A stretch of 64,000 nucleotides of DNA. Source: Amoebophrya sp. A120. Taxonomy: Eukaryota > Protista > Dinoflagellata. Numbering within the stretch: the stretch's first letter is position 1; the number at the start of each line of letters is the position of its first letter. The DNA lies in NCBI GenBank assembly GCA_905178155.1, contig CAJINV010000011.1:431914-495913 (forward strand), in the 5' to 3' direction. The notes beneath the pieces were generated by a model, which saw only the letters and a program-made list of their open reading frames with translations, was not told where the DNA came from and did not search any database. Made by a program: the position numbers and the translations under genes. Shown in pieces: positions 1 to 13,960 of this stretch.

Positions 1-3000
1 CTTGGGCGCCGTGGACACAGGACCTGCTGTTTTGCGGTTGCTGATCCCGGGTTGTTCATCGCGCATGCGGTTCGGCAGGTGCTGTCGAAGATGAACTTCT
101 GTTGATGTTCCACTTGCAGCTTGTTTTTCCTGCGGTTCCGGAGAGGTAGCAGAATCCTGGTTCTTTTCAGAGAGACGGAGCTTGACCTGAATGAAGAATA
201 AATGTTTTCATGTTCTTGTTGTACACACACACACACACACACATGCTTGACGACCGGAAAAAGAACTATATAAATCTGCTCAATTTGGTACAAATTTCTA
301 CCTGTTCCCAGAGCTTCAAAAAGTCCCTCCGATTCGCGCTCATGTCGTTGCAAAACCCCTCGGGGAGCAACGCCTGTCCGCGGTCGTGCGCCGAACCGAA
401 CGAAAGTTCTGCCTCAAACGCTACCTCGTGCATGAACTCTTGCTGCTCGCGCGTCTCCTGCTCCTGAATCCAGCGGCTGACCTCCGCGTCCCAAGAAGAA
501 GTGAAGGGAAGAGCTGGAGTATGGCGTCCTCCTCTGTGCGTGCCAGGGTCGTGGTGGTCTACTTCCGCCCACACATCCTTTTCGTACGCCTTGTCCACGT
601 CATTGGCTATCCAGTGGAGTTGGAGCTTGTGTGAAAGGCGGCGTAGTAGCTCCGGGGCGTCGACTTCGGCAACATCGGGTTTATGATTTTTCGGTTTGTT
701 CGTGACATCATCGCCTTCGGAGGTTTCCGCAGCTCCGTTAGTGTCCGTGTCGGCCTCTTTCGTATAATCCTCGGACTCTCTTTCTGCAGTTCTTTCACTG
801 TCACCTTCCGAGCAGGTCGGAGATGAGGCCCCCGACGAGGATGGCAAAAGCCGCTCTGCTTGCCTTCCGCCCGGCTCGTTCCGGGATAAAGTTCCTTCGG
901 TTCTTCCGCAACTGCGATCCCGAAAATCGCCTTCTTCTTTCTGTGAACCATCGGATTCTTGCTCAAAAAAGTTGTTCGAACAGTACTTTTTCACGAGCCG
1001 CAGAATTTCTTTTTTTGTCCACTCCAGATCCGCTTGCGCCTCCATTGCACACCCGAATAGGTCATCTTCCTCTAGTGCATCTACTCCCGCAGAAGTCGCA
1101 TTTTCGACAAGCTTCGTGCCGTAAATCGGGTTTTGCAGGAGTAGAGGGAGGTAACTGCGCTCGTTATCAAATGTAAAAATGTCTGGGTCTGGAAGAATGC
1201 AGATTTTTGTCATGCTGTTTTTGCATGACACAAAGTGTCTGTCATGGAAGCCCTAGCATCACAGATTTCGAGAAGCTTCCGCATTGCTTAATCCGCATGA
1301 CAAATCCCCCATTTTGGTGACAGGAAGTGGGCGCCTTTTGCTGCCTATGCATGAGAGATTTGGCTGTGTTGTGAAATGCGTTTGCCAAGTTCGCATCCTT
1401 CCAGACCCAGACATTTTTACATTTGATACTCGTCCAGGTTGTCCAATTGCAGAAAGTCCGGACATTGATGCTCCGCTGAAAAATCCCCGTTTTGTCGAAG
1501 TAGATCATCTCGATCTCCGGTTCCGATCGTGTTGTTGCTTTTCAAGAAAGCTGCAGCATTTTTCGTGGACAATAATTCTCCAGGTCGCGTCGCGCTGGAT
1601 AATTTCCGCGTGCCACTACCCGGCGAGCGCGCGGATCTTGTTGTCTTGATTGACTTAGTACTGCTAGCCGAAGTAGGGGACAGCTTCTTGAACTCCTTTT
1701 CCGCGCACATTGCCGCTTTCAAAACCACGTTTTCTAAATCAACACCGTTCTTTTCCATGTCGCCCTGCCAGTAAGTGGACAGCCGAGGCGCTAAATGGCT
1801 GATGAAAAGTTCCTCGAACCGCGGACTTGATGACTTCGGGGTGGTAGAGTCGTTTTGATGTTGCCCGCAAGTATTCGTGGTGCTGCTGGGAGACAGATTC
1901 AGATGTCTACTACTCCTACTACTCCCCCCGCCCGGCGTTCGCTGCGCCACGAACTCCCGCCAGGCCTTATTGAGAGGAAAAATCCACCCTCCCCATATTG
2001 AAAAAGTATGTCTCCGGAAATTTGTGCTGCTGATTTGAGGCCACAAATCTCATCTGTCTTGCCAGAAGACAGGGACAGAAGCTTCCGCCATATTATAGAG
2101 GCGATTTGTCATGCCGTTGGGCCTAAAGGGAGGCCGTTTGCCATGCTGAGCAACTAGACCCATACGCCCCCAGCTTGCCTGCGGATCTGGCCGCCATGCC
2201 TTTCTGCAACACAAATCTGATTTGTGTATCCAAATCCAGCATCAGAAGTTTCGTTTTGATTATGGGGAGGGGGGATTTTTCCTTTTGATAGGCCTGCATC
2301 GAGGCCTTGTTGAAGTCCGCCTGCTGGTTATTCTGTGTAAAAACGTCCCCACCCCAGAGTTGTCATGCAGATTTGCCATGACAGGAACATTTGTGATGCG
2401 CAACCCCATGACAGGCATTTTCAATCGTGTTTGGGAACTTGTAATGCTGTAAACAAGATCAGAAGGTCGATTTGTGATGCGGCTTTCTTTGCTAACTTGC
2501 ACTACCTTACGGACTGAAACTTGTCATGCGTGACTCCCAAAACTCCTAGGCTTGTGTTGCAAAATCCCCATCCTGACTCTGGTGTGGGTACGTTTTTACT
2601 CAGGATACTGGTCTGCTTTGGGCACCTCGGGTCGGTCGCAGCCGCTAAACACGTACTGGTGGGGCAGTTGCCCTTCCCGAATGGACTTTTTCATGCCCTG
2701 ATCGCGATGGGGGTTCAGCCGCCCGATCCCCTTGTAGGCGGGGCTGCAAAACTCATCGATCAAAGACCGGATTTTTTCGCGGAACGGCCCCGGTTGCTGC
2801 GAAATCTTGCTCCAGTCAATGTCGTGCGCCGTCCTGCCAATCATGCTGCGGTAGGTCTTCAAATTATTCCCCACGCCCTGATACTGCTCCATCTTCGCGA
2901 CCCGTTCTTTGCGCAGCTCGAGTTCGATTTCCTCGGTTCGCTCCGTATCAATTGCAAAAGTATCGTACTCGTACTAGTTGCAATCATGCATATACAAATC

Positions 3001-6000
3001 TGCTTCCTAACGTAAATCTGCATTACCAATTTCATTTGTCATGCTACTCAAATTTGTCATGCGATTTCTACTAGTACGATACTTTTGCAATGCATACTCC
3101 GCCACCTGCTGCAAAATCCCCGCCACACACCGGTACCGCTTCAGCGCAATCACCCACTCCACCTGCTCATGCACCCCCGTCAGCATCCGCCGGTCCGCCC
3201 AGGGGCTCATCCCGTAGGAGAGCAGTTCGAACAGCGGGGCGAGCCGGGTCACCACCAGATCTGAGCTATAACGCCCCAAAGATGGACGACCAACTTCTGT
3301 CGTTGTGCTACCATTCAACAAGCGCCTGTGTTCTTCTTCTTGCAGCTCCTGCCACTTGTATCCCCTCTGCCCGAAGTGGAAGGTGTGCTCGAAGCCTTTT
3401 AACGCATTGGGGTAGTTGAACCGCAACGTCTTCGCATCCACGACTTTTCCGCTCACGGCACCCAGCCAGCGTGCGCGACGCGAACTTTTCGGCACGGAAC
3501 GGAGGATGGGGAGGATCGCCGCGGGAATTAGAGTTTTGTCAGCGCCTCCTCCCAGGTGATCGGAATAAATGGAGTTGCATTCGTAACGCCTCAAGCGCCG
3601 TAACGCCCGACGGGATTCCTCTTGCTCAAAAAGGGATAAAGACAGGATGGGATCTGTTGTTGTAGTACCATCGTGCTGTCCACCGCTTGACAGTGCTCCG
3701 AAATTCATCTCGCTCGGCGCTGGTGGATGTTCCTCGCCCGTGTATTTTTCCCCTGCGAGAAACTGTTCATAGAAATCCAAAAGGACATTGACGTAGTCCG
3801 CCGCGTCCACCGGACCCGACTGGCCCTGGAGTGGCTTGTGCTCCGCTGCACAGTGCTGCAAGGCGACAACCGACAAAGCTTCTGTGCGAAAATCTTTCTT
3901 CCTGCTTTCGTCCGGCACAGTTGTACAATCAATTCCCGCTACAGAAACAGAAGTACTACAACTTCGACAGGATGCCAGGACCGACAGCAAATACTCGGTT
4001 TCTCGCAGCACCCGTTGGTGTAATCCCCGCTGCGTCGTGTGGAGCTTTTCGTAAAAATCTGGGAGGGAGGAGTGGAGCGCTGCATCGGCCGAAAACTTTA
4101 CCTCGATGGGGTTTAACTCCAGCAACTGTGCGATGGCGTCAAGAACTTGTGGGAGCGTGAAGTCTCGTGGTCCGGGAGAAGAAGTAGAAGCTTCTGTAGT
4201 TTTCACGACGGTAGTAGTCGTTGTTCCCTGCTGCTTTGCGAGTTCTTGCAGTAGTACCCCTACCGCCTCTGAAGATGTGTGGTCGTTTTTAGTCGTCGTG
4301 TCCGCTGCTTCTTCTTCTTCTTCATCGCATTGTCTCTCTGCAGCATCGCCTTCGACTTTTCCGAGAGGTGATATCATGCCAATTTCATCTCCCACTTCTG
4401 CCACATCAGAAAACGGCGCAGACGTTGAACTGCGGTAACGAAGAACCAAAGTCTTCAGATACAGTTCGCAAAGCTTTGCTGCCTCGGCCTCCTTTCCGAG
4501 CAAAGACGCCTCTTCTACAGCTGCGTTTAGGACTTTGGGACGACGACGACGATTGTAAGCTGTTGAAACGCTAGTTTTAGTACCTTCGTCTTCTGAAGGA
4601 TTGCCATCAGCCTTTTCCAGGTTATTGTGGTCGCTGAGCTCCTCTTCAACTTCTTCTTCTTCCTCCTCCTCCACAATTTTCGCCAGCTTATTGTAGGGCA
4701 GGAACTCGCCAGGTATGTAGGGCAAGAACTCCGGCATGAAGAGATCAGATTCGAGCCCCCCTGGCGGAGCCCGACCCGGGAGGAATTGGATAACACCATC
4801 GGAGGAGGACTCCTGCTCGCTCGATGTTGCTCGGCTCGAGTTCTTATTTTCATCACTCCGATTAATCTTTTCTACGGAGGTTTCCTCGGAGTCGCTTGTG
4901 TCAGAACTGTCTGAGGAAGAGGACGAACTGGAAGAGGCAGATGAGGAGGTCGAGGACTGCATAGACGAAGAAGAAAATTCGCTGGAACTACAAGAAGACC
5001 TCGATGCCGACCTGGCTGCACTCCGGCCAGAAGACCTCGTTGACCCGCTAGACGTTCTTGTGCTGCTGCCAAAAGAACCCGAGGATCCACTGGAAGCCTC
5101 GCTCGACGATGACCCTTCAGAAAACCATGTCGGAGATTCCTCGGAAGACGACCTCCGACGACGTTCTTGTGCTGCACCAGTAGATGATATTTTCGTCGCT
5201 AACAACTTATTCAAAGGTTGCATTTTCGCAGACGCCCGCCGCGCACTCCTCTCTAAAGACTCCTTCGACAAGAAAGCCGGCATTCCTGCAGAACACTGAC
5301 GGCCCCGCTGTTCTGCTTCTTCTTCCGTGGACGAGGAACTACTTCTAGTGCACAACTTGGAAGGCATCGAAGACGAGCGTCGCGCTCTGGAGGAGATCTT
5401 CTTCTTCGACGACAATGGCGCGAATTTTGCTGCAGCTTTCATCCTCGAAGAAGCTGGCTTGGAGGAACTACTGGACGAGCTGTGAGCCCTGGAAGCAGAC
5501 GACGACGAGGACCTAGGTGAAATTCCGTCCCTGACAGACACCGCGTTTTCCGAGAATGAATCCGAAGTCACACCATGCTCGCCGACCAGGTTTTTAACAT
5601 CGGGACGACGGTCCGCTTTTTGTTCTCTGCTGCAGCTCTCCGAGGAATAATTTTTCCTGTATTTCTGTTGCTTCCGGTGCGCCAGTTTGAGGAGCAGGTT
5701 GAAGTTGGACAGAATCTCGTGGAAGTGTGCCTCGATTTCGCTTGCTAGATTCGCGCGCACCTCTTGGTCCTGGAAAATCAGCTGGTCCCGCAACGCCTCC
5801 AATGCAGTGTCATGGTATGGCGTGATCCTAGTCATTTCCGTTGACATTTTTATGCTGGGTGAACAATTCGGTGCTGCAGGTCCAGGTGGACCAGGGAGGA
5901 CTTCTGCAGCCGGAGGTTCACGCTCACCTTGTAGTTCTTGCGAGTCCTGATCGACTCTAAGCGGTTGTTGATCTTGATCTCTGTCGGTACTGCTATCCTC

Positions 6001-9000
6001 CAAACCCAAAGGTTGACCTGAATGTTCACCAGGCCCCCCGACGCCAAAAAACACGTTCCAGGAGGGCTGTCGTGCGGCCAAGCACTCCTGTGCACGTCGC
6101 AACTGCATGTTCGTCCCAGCTGTTGCGCCCTGATTCTCAGCCAGGGCGAGCTGTGACTGGTGACGGAGATGCTGCAAAAATGATCCGAGCTGCATTTCAT
6201 TTCCATCATCCGTGAGGACGCCAGCGGTTTTGCTTCTGCTGCTTCCAAGACCAAGTCCCAACGCGGTGACATGCGAATGAAAACGCAGCAGCTGCAAGAG
6301 CACTTTTGAAGATTTTTCGACGGTCTTTGAAACAACAAGATCTTCGCGTTTGACACCACAATGGCGCTGCGTGGTCCTTGTGCTCTTCCCGTAAGAACTT
6401 CTTCCCGAAGGCGCCTCAAATAGCGTCGCTGCTGATTTTTTTTGAACAAAGGGGGCAAGCACGCCTCGCGGCACGCCGTCGTTGCAGACAAAGCCGACGC
6501 CAGGTTCGTCCTCATATTCTCTTACGCGCGCAGCCACTTCGCGGAGACAGTTGTCAGCAAACGTAACGTTGCCGAGAGTTTCGCTGGTTCTTGCAGGTGC
6601 AGACGTGAGGTAATCTTGGGTGGCAGCATTCTTTGTGTGCTCTGAAGGGTCTTTATTTCCCGCGTGGTCCTCGTGCGCTCGGTTCAGATTCCCGCGGAAT
6701 TGCTCCTCCACCGCAGCGGACCAGGCCTTTTCCGCGCCGACGTCAGCCGGGTTCGCACAGTACTCGGCGATCCCCAGGAGATAGGGGGGTAGAAAGGTGC
6801 TGTACGGATGCTCTGCTCCGGCCTGCTGCATCGCCACTGCCTCGGAGGCTGCAAAATTGGCAAACTCAGTAACTTGCTGCTGTCGATGCACCTGCAAGTG
6901 CGCTTGCCCCTCGAGGTACCTTGAAAAAGGATAAACATAAATTCAGTTTTGAGAGTATCATGATCGAGATAAACAAATGACCTCTTGACATAACGAACAG
7001 GTTAGAGATCCTCGTGTCGTGTTCGGGAGATATAGACTGAAAAAAATGACGGAGCAGCGCCGTGCCAAAACGAAATCGCAAATCGGCAAACGCGAAACAC
7101 ACAAAATCCTATAATACCAGTCCCGCTTCTTTTGTTGCAAGCGCTTCCTGTCCTCTGCATTGTAGTACCACAGCGGCAGAGTGGAAAAAGTTTCCTCGCC
7201 GTCTGAACGACCCGCGACCCGGTACGGAATTCTGACCAGCGGCGCGTGGCCGTTCTTCGCGTTCACCGGTCGCAAGAAGAACATCAACACCGGTGAGGCT
7301 TGCAGCCAAGCCTTGAACTTTTCCGCCTGGTCGGGGTAAAACTCCGTCCAGTTTCCGGCATGGTTCGAGACACACACGATCTGGGACTCCGTGTTATAAA
7401 GCCGGGACCACTTTTGTATTTCGATTCGAGTTCTCGTTTCGTAATAATCCCAGGAACTGTGGTCGCCCTGAAACAGTTCGCGCGTTCGGCTGTTCCGCCG
7501 CGGTGGGGTGGCGAGCTGCAGGAAAGACCCGCAAAAGTCCCAATCAAGGTCGACATACATACCGCACGGCTCCTCGACGTAGGTCGTTCTTTGGAGAATA
7601 ACTTTCTCCAAATATTTCATCTCAACGAGGGGACTCTCGTCAGGTGCTCTGGTCTTCCTGTCGTACGACGTACTTCCTTTCTCTCCCTCTTCAAGCCGCG
7701 CCATTTGACGTTGTTTCCGTTTCGCAACTTGACTCATCTGCACGGAAAGCAGAATCAGTTGCGCGTTCCGCAACGTGATTTTCTGCAACAGGTCCTGCTG
7801 GAAAAACGGGGTGGAGAGCCGTGCCGGCGACACAAACTGCGGATCTTCGGACGAAGCAACCCACTTCTGCCAATACCGCTTTTTTGCTTCCAACGGGGGA
7901 ACCTGATTTTTTTTTCAGAGGGTCCTGGGTGGGGGTTTGAGAAGCACATATCAATGTTGATTTTGCTTCGTACAACTACGAGTAGGCAAAATTTCTGCAT
8001 TAAACAGAACTTCCAAGAACTTTTGCTCGTGGAAGAAAGAACTACTGGCCTAGTCGATGAACAATGTGAATCTACTGTCAGTACTTTGAGAATGACAACC
8101 GCGGGAAACTTTCGCTCATCCATGCGCCACTTCATCAGAATGCGGGGGTCGGCGAATCCACCCATGGCCCCGTACCCCGTGAGCACTGTCCCAGCGGAAA
8201 TCCAGCGCAAACGGCGGTAAATTCCGCAACTTCGCGGCACTTCGTGGTCGCTCGGCGCTTTATTGTGTAGCGAGGACGAGGAAAGTGGGAACGACCCTTG
8301 ATCTACTTCCTGGCCCCCCAACGCGACTTCCTTCTCGGCTATCGCCGCTCGAATCTCCGCCAACCGATCTGCACGGTATTCCCGCACTTCCTTGAGAGCG
8401 GGCCGAACGCGTCTTGGGCGCGCGTCGGAAAGCAGCAGTGCCGGGTCGGCAAATCGAGGAAGGATTTCCAACGGCTCAACATGGTCGTGCCCGTCTCGTT
8501 TGTTTCCTACGCTGTTCTTGTTCACTCCCTTTTTCACCATCTTCTCTGCAGCTTTTTTCCACCTCCGACGTGGCAGCCCTGCAGCGGTTCTATTTTTCCA
8601 ACTTCTAATATTCTGCGTTTGCCAAGAAATAGTGGCCGAAGATGATCTGTTGAGTTTTTTTGACTGTCGTTCTTTCCCCCTACGTGCAATTATTTCCCGA
8701 TGATCCCGACGTGCTATCACCTTCCCTGCTTTTTTATACTCTTGCAGGACTTTCGCCGCCCTTTCTTCCCAATCGGGTTCGCATTCCCGCATACCGGTGT
8801 ACGCGGTTTGTAGTTCGTTGTGCAAATTCAAGTTTAAATTGGGCTGTTTGTGGCTTCCCCAGAGCGTGTCGCGCCGAAACTTCAGATCACTGTCCACACA
8901 ATGCACGAGGAACTCGCGGTCGATGGTGTCGTCCAGCCACAGCATCTGGTAGCACGTCGACTGCAGCCACGCGTCCGGGTGCCGGTTGCACTGGTACACG

Positions 9001-12000
9001 TAGCCGTCGCGGATTTTCGGTTTCTTTTCGCGCATCTGGCGCTCTTTCCGCGCCTGCAAAGCGTCTGGGTCAAGTGTGTTCTTGCTGCGCTGGCACGCCA
9101 AATGGTAGTCGCCGAGCATCGTGAAACGGTTTCCGCAGTCCGCCGGCCAGCGCGGGTCGCCGTAGGAAAGCGGCGAGGTCGACTGCGACGACAAGACTCC
9201 CTTGCGGCCCAGCCCCACCATGGTAATCAGGGAAATCTTCGGTGCCAGCCGCACAAAGGTGTCGAGAAAACCCTTCATGTCCGGCTTTTCAAATTCGTCT
9301 TCCAGCTCGGGGTATCCAAATGCATAATATGTCTGGGGCTGCGTGAGTTCACATGTTTCGTTCCATGCGGTTTTTACATGTTGACCCAAAAGCTGCTGCC
9401 CTGGAATGCAAGTACTAGCACGCTACAGGTTTCATCGAGAAGGTCCCTCAATGTTGCGTATCCCGCTGCACGATGAATCTCTCACCTTAATGGCAAGACT
9501 TGGTCTACTTTTATTCCTGTCCACGCATGACAAATTTGTCTTTGTGTGTGATGTGAAATGCGCATCACAAGTTCGCGATCTTCCTGACCCAGACATGTTT
9601 GCGGTAAATACGTGGTCCCGCGGTGCGGGTACTTCGAAGTCGCGCCAGAATGGGTCCTATCAAATGCAAAAATGTCTGGGTCTGGAATATTGCTGGGGTT
9701 GTCATGCATAATTTGCATGACCGAGAATGTCCGTAATGCACGACCTAGCATCACAGATCTTTCCTAGAGGGCTTCCTGATGCCTACTCCGCATGACAAAT
9801 GCCCTCCCCGCGTAGCACAAACTAGACTCCTCTTGCTGGTCATGCAATACAGATTTTTTTAGAGTCCAAAGTTAGCATCACAAGTTCCAACCTTTCAGAC
9901 CCAGACATTTTTGCATTTGATAGGTCCGGCACGAAGGGATCCGGGCGTTTGTCGTACGTTCCCGGATGGTGGTACCACTTTTGCAGATGCGAATGCTCGT
10001 CGTGCAAGTACTGTCGCCAGCTCCCGTCGCGCCGGTCCACCGCTTCGAGTTGCGCCTCTCTCTTGCCCTGGACCACCATTGCGACGACCTGGTGGATGAT
10101 CATTTTTGCCATTTTCTTGAAGTCTTTCTTCAACTGCTTCTTCTTGAAAAACACCTTCCCCTGCTCGTAAATCTTCGCGATCTGGTCTTCAAAGTCGGGC
10201 TGCTTATCGCCGAGCAGTGCTTTTTGCGAGTCGAACATTTCGCCGAGCAAGCGCTGCAGCTCCTCTTCAGAGATTTCCTCGGGCTCCGAATAAAAACCAC
10301 TGTCGCAGCTGCTGTTGTCCGTACCATCGTCGTCAGACGACCAATTTGTTCTGTAAAAGTCTGCCGCGTGATGTTGCTGCTGCTGTAGTAGAGAGAACGT
10401 CGTAGCAGATCCTGAATTGTGTTTGACAACTGCTTCTGTCGGTCCGGATTTGTTTTCGCTTTCTCCAGCACCATCGGAACAAGTATCACTTTCAGAATCA
10501 CTACTGTCCTCTTCTGATAACGAATCCAGCACTTCTCTTTCCGGTGTCAGCCGCAGTTCCGCACCGCAAACGCGCGCGAGGTACTTTCGCATCGAGAATT
10601 TCGCCAGCACTTTCGCGAGCTTCTGCTGCGTCCACTTGTCTCGGTACAGTTCCACCCGGCTTCGCGGCAAGAGCTTGTCCACCTTCCGAAAGACGGAGTA
10701 GTCGATCCACCAATCTTGCACCCAATTCACGGCCAATTGCTCCTCGTTGTTTCCAACATCAGAGCTGTCGATGGAGTTCCAGTCGCTGCAGCGCCGCGGG
10801 TTGTCGGGATCTTCAGGTTCTTTTAGGGAATGTTGACTGGGGTCGTCCTCCAGGTAGTAGTCTTCGGAAGAGGAAGATGTAGAGAACAGGGATGAAACAT
10901 CTTCCCGTGCCAATCCATTTTTTGCCCAAGAAGCTAGTTCTTCGCTTGAAGAAGTAGGTGCGGAGGCGCCGCTGGATGAAAAAGATCCGGTGGACGATGA
11001 TCTGCCGCGGGTGTTGGTGGGGCGACGACGTAGAGATGATGACGTTCTTCCACATGAAGATTGAGAGCGTCGTCCTCCTGTACTGTTGGACGAAGTCATT
11101 TGTTGTTCCGAAGAAGAGGTGGAACTGCACGACCGCGAAGATGTTGTCCTCTTGCTGCTCATGTAGTTCTTACTTCTCCTTCGCCCCCGTTCGCCCACTC
11201 GTTGGCCGTGTTGGTAAAACCCATGCTTTTCCCTCCGCGCTTCTTCCATTTTCTCCCGTTCCGCCCGTTCCATCGCTTTCTCCCCTTCCCAACAGGTTTT
11301 CGCAGCCATGGACATCTGTTTCCGTCTCCCTTCCCGGAGTACTAGCCGCTTCAGGGGTTGGTAAGCCATCGTGCATTTTTGCATTTCAGACTTCATCCTC
11401 GCGAGAGTTTGTTGTACGTTTTTAGGGAGGTAGCGCATAGGAAGTAGATACGCGCACGGGTGAAAGAAGGGCAGCGCCGCGCCGACTTCCGTATTGTTGT
11501 GTCCTGCAAGTCGTGGTCTTTCAACTACCCCGGTGAAAATTTCTACCCCACACTGGTCTTTCAGTTGCTCGAGGAAATTTCCCAGTTCGAGCTGTTTCTG
11601 GTGCAGACGCATGAAGTTCTTCCAGTCTAAAACGTGGACTTTTTTCCGGACCGCGTGCGGCACTTTTTCCGCCAGGCCGACGCGAAACTGCTCGTTCGTA
11701 ATCGCATACCGCCAACACTGCTGCGACCGGAGATAGACCTGTTGCTTGGCGTCCTCAAGCTCGAGGGAATATGCGTGGCGCTGGAACACCTTGTCGCTAG
11801 TATAACGTCGGTAGAACCAGCACCCGTTCCTGTGCACGTACTGCAGAAGTGCTTTGACTAGCGCGGTCGCATTGCAGACAGAGGGGTCGGGTGTACGGGG
11901 AAAGCGAGGAGGACCTGTTGTAAAAAGTTGACTTGATCAGAAATGGGTCTATCCTCAAATGGCAACCCAAGGACGAACTTCATCGACCCACTTTATGCGA

Positions 12001-13096
12001 CAGACAACAAGAACGACACCATGATCAGAAACAAGTAGATGAGTCTTTTTTTATCAACACTAATTGCGAAGCATCAGCAAATTCGAATGCTCAAAACTTT
12101 CATAGTTCCTCGACCCCTTCGTCGCGGCCAAAAAAACTACGAACCTCCTGCTACGTCGCTTTCTTTCGAATCCACGCCTTTTTCTCCTCCGACGAAATTT
12201 TCTTTTTCGGTTGGTGAATTCATTCCTTGATCCCGCCCCCGCGGGTCCTCATCTTCACAATTACTAAGTGCGAGTTTCATTTTCCTTTCCGCACCAGCGA
12301 TCAACTTCCGCATCCGCCTTTGCATTTCCACCTTCGCGGCCCTGACCGACACGAGCTCGACCAGCCGGCAGGCCGCGGCGAGCCGCGCTCGCTCCTCTTC
12401 CTCCTGCTGCAGTTTCTCCGCAAACATGCGGGCGAACCGACGAACCAGTCCGCGCGTTTGCAGTTTTTTGTCCATCTCCACGAACTTGGGTCCTTGGAAC
12501 CAGAACGCGCTGTGCTGGTTGGTTTGCAGCTCGCACACACTGTTCCGGGACGTGAAGGTGGTGCGCGAACTGACCAGCTCGCGGTTGTATCCCTGCAGCC
12601 AAAGGCGGCGCTCCGCCGCGTCCACTAATTTCGCTCTAGCAAGCGCGAGGGGATTCAGAGTTGGTGTAGTCCTAGTCGTGCCATCTGCTTCTACAACGTT
12701 CGGGTTTGGTGGCAGAGGAGACCGGCTTTTTGCTTTCATCTTCGTCGTGGTGGGTGTACTGCTGCAGGAGCTCCTGCCGCCTTTGGAAGTTGGAGTTGTA
12801 CTGATAGAGCTCGTGTCCTCGTAGCCGAACGTCGAAGATGGTGCAGTAGTAGTTGCAGCGCCAAAATAGTCGAACTCCAGCTCCTCTTGGTGCAAGCAGG
12901 TAACCTCTTCGTCGCTGTCGTCGTTGTTGTAGCGCTTCAATACCTTTTCGATTTGGACGTCGTGTCCGAATCCCGCCCCGCCTTTGGCTTTTTTCCTCGG
13001 GAAACACTTCAGCAAGGTCTGTTGTACAACATGCTGTTGCGGAAGGTTTTCCGGCGAAAAAGAACCATCACTTGAAGGGCGAAAAACGGCGTGCAT
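1..13096 (-). CDS. Giant multi-exon hypothetical protein (>3,500 aa, Ser/Glu-rich), apparently running off the left edge
   Basis: ORFs 12137..13096, 9840..11837, 7755..9389, 6958..7893, 3007..6897, 2596..2892, 1417..2046 and 266..1231 join in frame via 6 introners and predicted GT-AG introns 11915-12144, 7903-8084, 6920-7117 and 187-301. Example junctions: LDE|RSY, MQA|WRE, VAE|RTE, DW|YLEG. No domain recognised. Confidence 0.6.
187..301 (-). other. Predicted canonical GT-AG intron containing a (CA)n/(TG)n microsatellite (about 223-243)
   Basis: Minus strand CAG|GTAGAA ... CATTCAG|GT. Downstream frames are open to the window edge, but the phase is uncertain. Confidence 0.45.
1165..1428. mobile_element. 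Introner family F1 (TIR TATCAAATGYAAAAATGTCTGGGTCTGGAA)
   Basis: About 31-bp TIR, direct repeat CTCGT on both sides. Removal plus 5 nt gives LDE|RSY in frame. Confidence 0.92.
1968..2290. mobile_element. Introner family F2 (TIR TATCAAAAGGAAAAATCCCCCCTCCCCATA)
   Basis: TIR, direct repeat GGCCT. Junction MQA|WRE in frame. Confidence 0.9.
2329..2607. mobile_element. Introner family F3 (TIR TATYCTGWGTAAAAACGTCCCCAC)
   Basis: TIR, direct repeat CTGGT. Junction ADQ|QAD in frame. Confidence 0.9.
2946..3096. mobile_element. Introner family F4 (TIR TAT...TGCAAAAGTATCGTACT)
   Basis: TIR, direct repeat CTCCG. Junction VAE|RTE in frame. Confidence 0.9.
6920..7117 (-). other. Predicted canonical GT-AG intron
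   Basis: TG|GTATTA ... CTTTTTCAAG|G, phase 2. Joins ORF 6958..7893 to 3007..6897. Confidence 0.55.
7903..8084 (-). other. Predicted canonical GT-AG intron
   Basis: AAA|GTACTG ... ATCAG|GTT, phase 0, giving LK|VPPLEAK. Confidence 0.55.
9313..9610. mobile_element. Introner F1, degenerate
   Basis: Eroded TIR, direct repeat CGGGG/CGTGG. Junction RDH|ELE in frame. Confidence 0.8.
9658..9922. mobile_element. Introner F1
   Basis: TIR, direct repeat GGTCC. Junction VPD|PFW in frame. Confidence 0.92.
11915..12144 (-). other. Predicted canonical GT-AG intron
   Basis: G|GTTCGT ... CAACAG|GT, phase 1. Confidence 0.55.
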
Positions 13097-13249
13097 CGGG
13101 TGCAGACGGTCAAATTTCTCGCCCGATTTTTTGGTAGAAGGTTTATTTTTCGACAGATATTTTCGTATCCGCGCTGCAAACCGAGGTGCGAAAGACCGTG
13201 CCAGCTGAGAAGAATTGTTCTTGTCGTGCGAGGTAATACCAAATATAGC

Positions 13250-13930
13250 CGCCGGGGCGGAGGTAGTGAGGTCGTGGGCGTTTTCTTGCCGGCCGTCGCC
13301 TTGGCCGCGGCTTTGCTTTTTCTTGGCTCGCCATACCGCCGTGAGTAACGTTAGGCCGCACGGTATGGCGGCCGCTTGATAAACGTCGCAAATTTTGGCA
13401 AATTACCGAAATTCCTTTCCGAAGGCCAGCCCCCATGCTATGGGGCCGATCCAGGTGCCACGGGGGGCGCCCAAAAAGCGAAGAAAAATCGGGCCCATAG
13501 CATGCCGATTGGCTTCGCGCGTCTGGGGTGCTTTTTCTTTTTCGCGTTTTTATTTTTCACGCCAGCGCTTTCACAAAGCTTCCCAGGCTCTGAAACCGGC
13601 GAAAAGGCCGCCGCTTTCGCGGCCGCCAAAAATGCTCCGAAATCGCGGCCGTGCCATGCTGTTTCGCTGTTCTGATTTTGGGCGCGTTTTTTGCGCGCCC
13701 CTTTTTGGGCGCCCCAAATCGCCAGAAACCAAGGCGGTGGGCGCCTCAGAAGGGCGCCCCTTTTGCCGGCTCCCCTGCGTCGTTTTATCAAGTGCGAATC
13801 GATAGTTTTCGACCGGGCTTGTTTGCCGCAAACGCCCCGGCCGCTTGATAAGTGAAAACTTTTTATGCTCAAAAACACTTCCGGCCGCTTGAAAACTGCC
13901 GGTCGTTTTGCTGTCTGGCTGGCAAAAAAA
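13250..13930. other. GC-rich non-coding island (GC blocks alternating with A/T runs)
   Basis: Clear composition shift with many CGGCCG/GGCGCC palindromes. No credible protein in any frame. Confidence 0.5.
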
Positions 13931-13960
13931 CTCCCTGATTAGAACCGTTCGGTGACCTCA

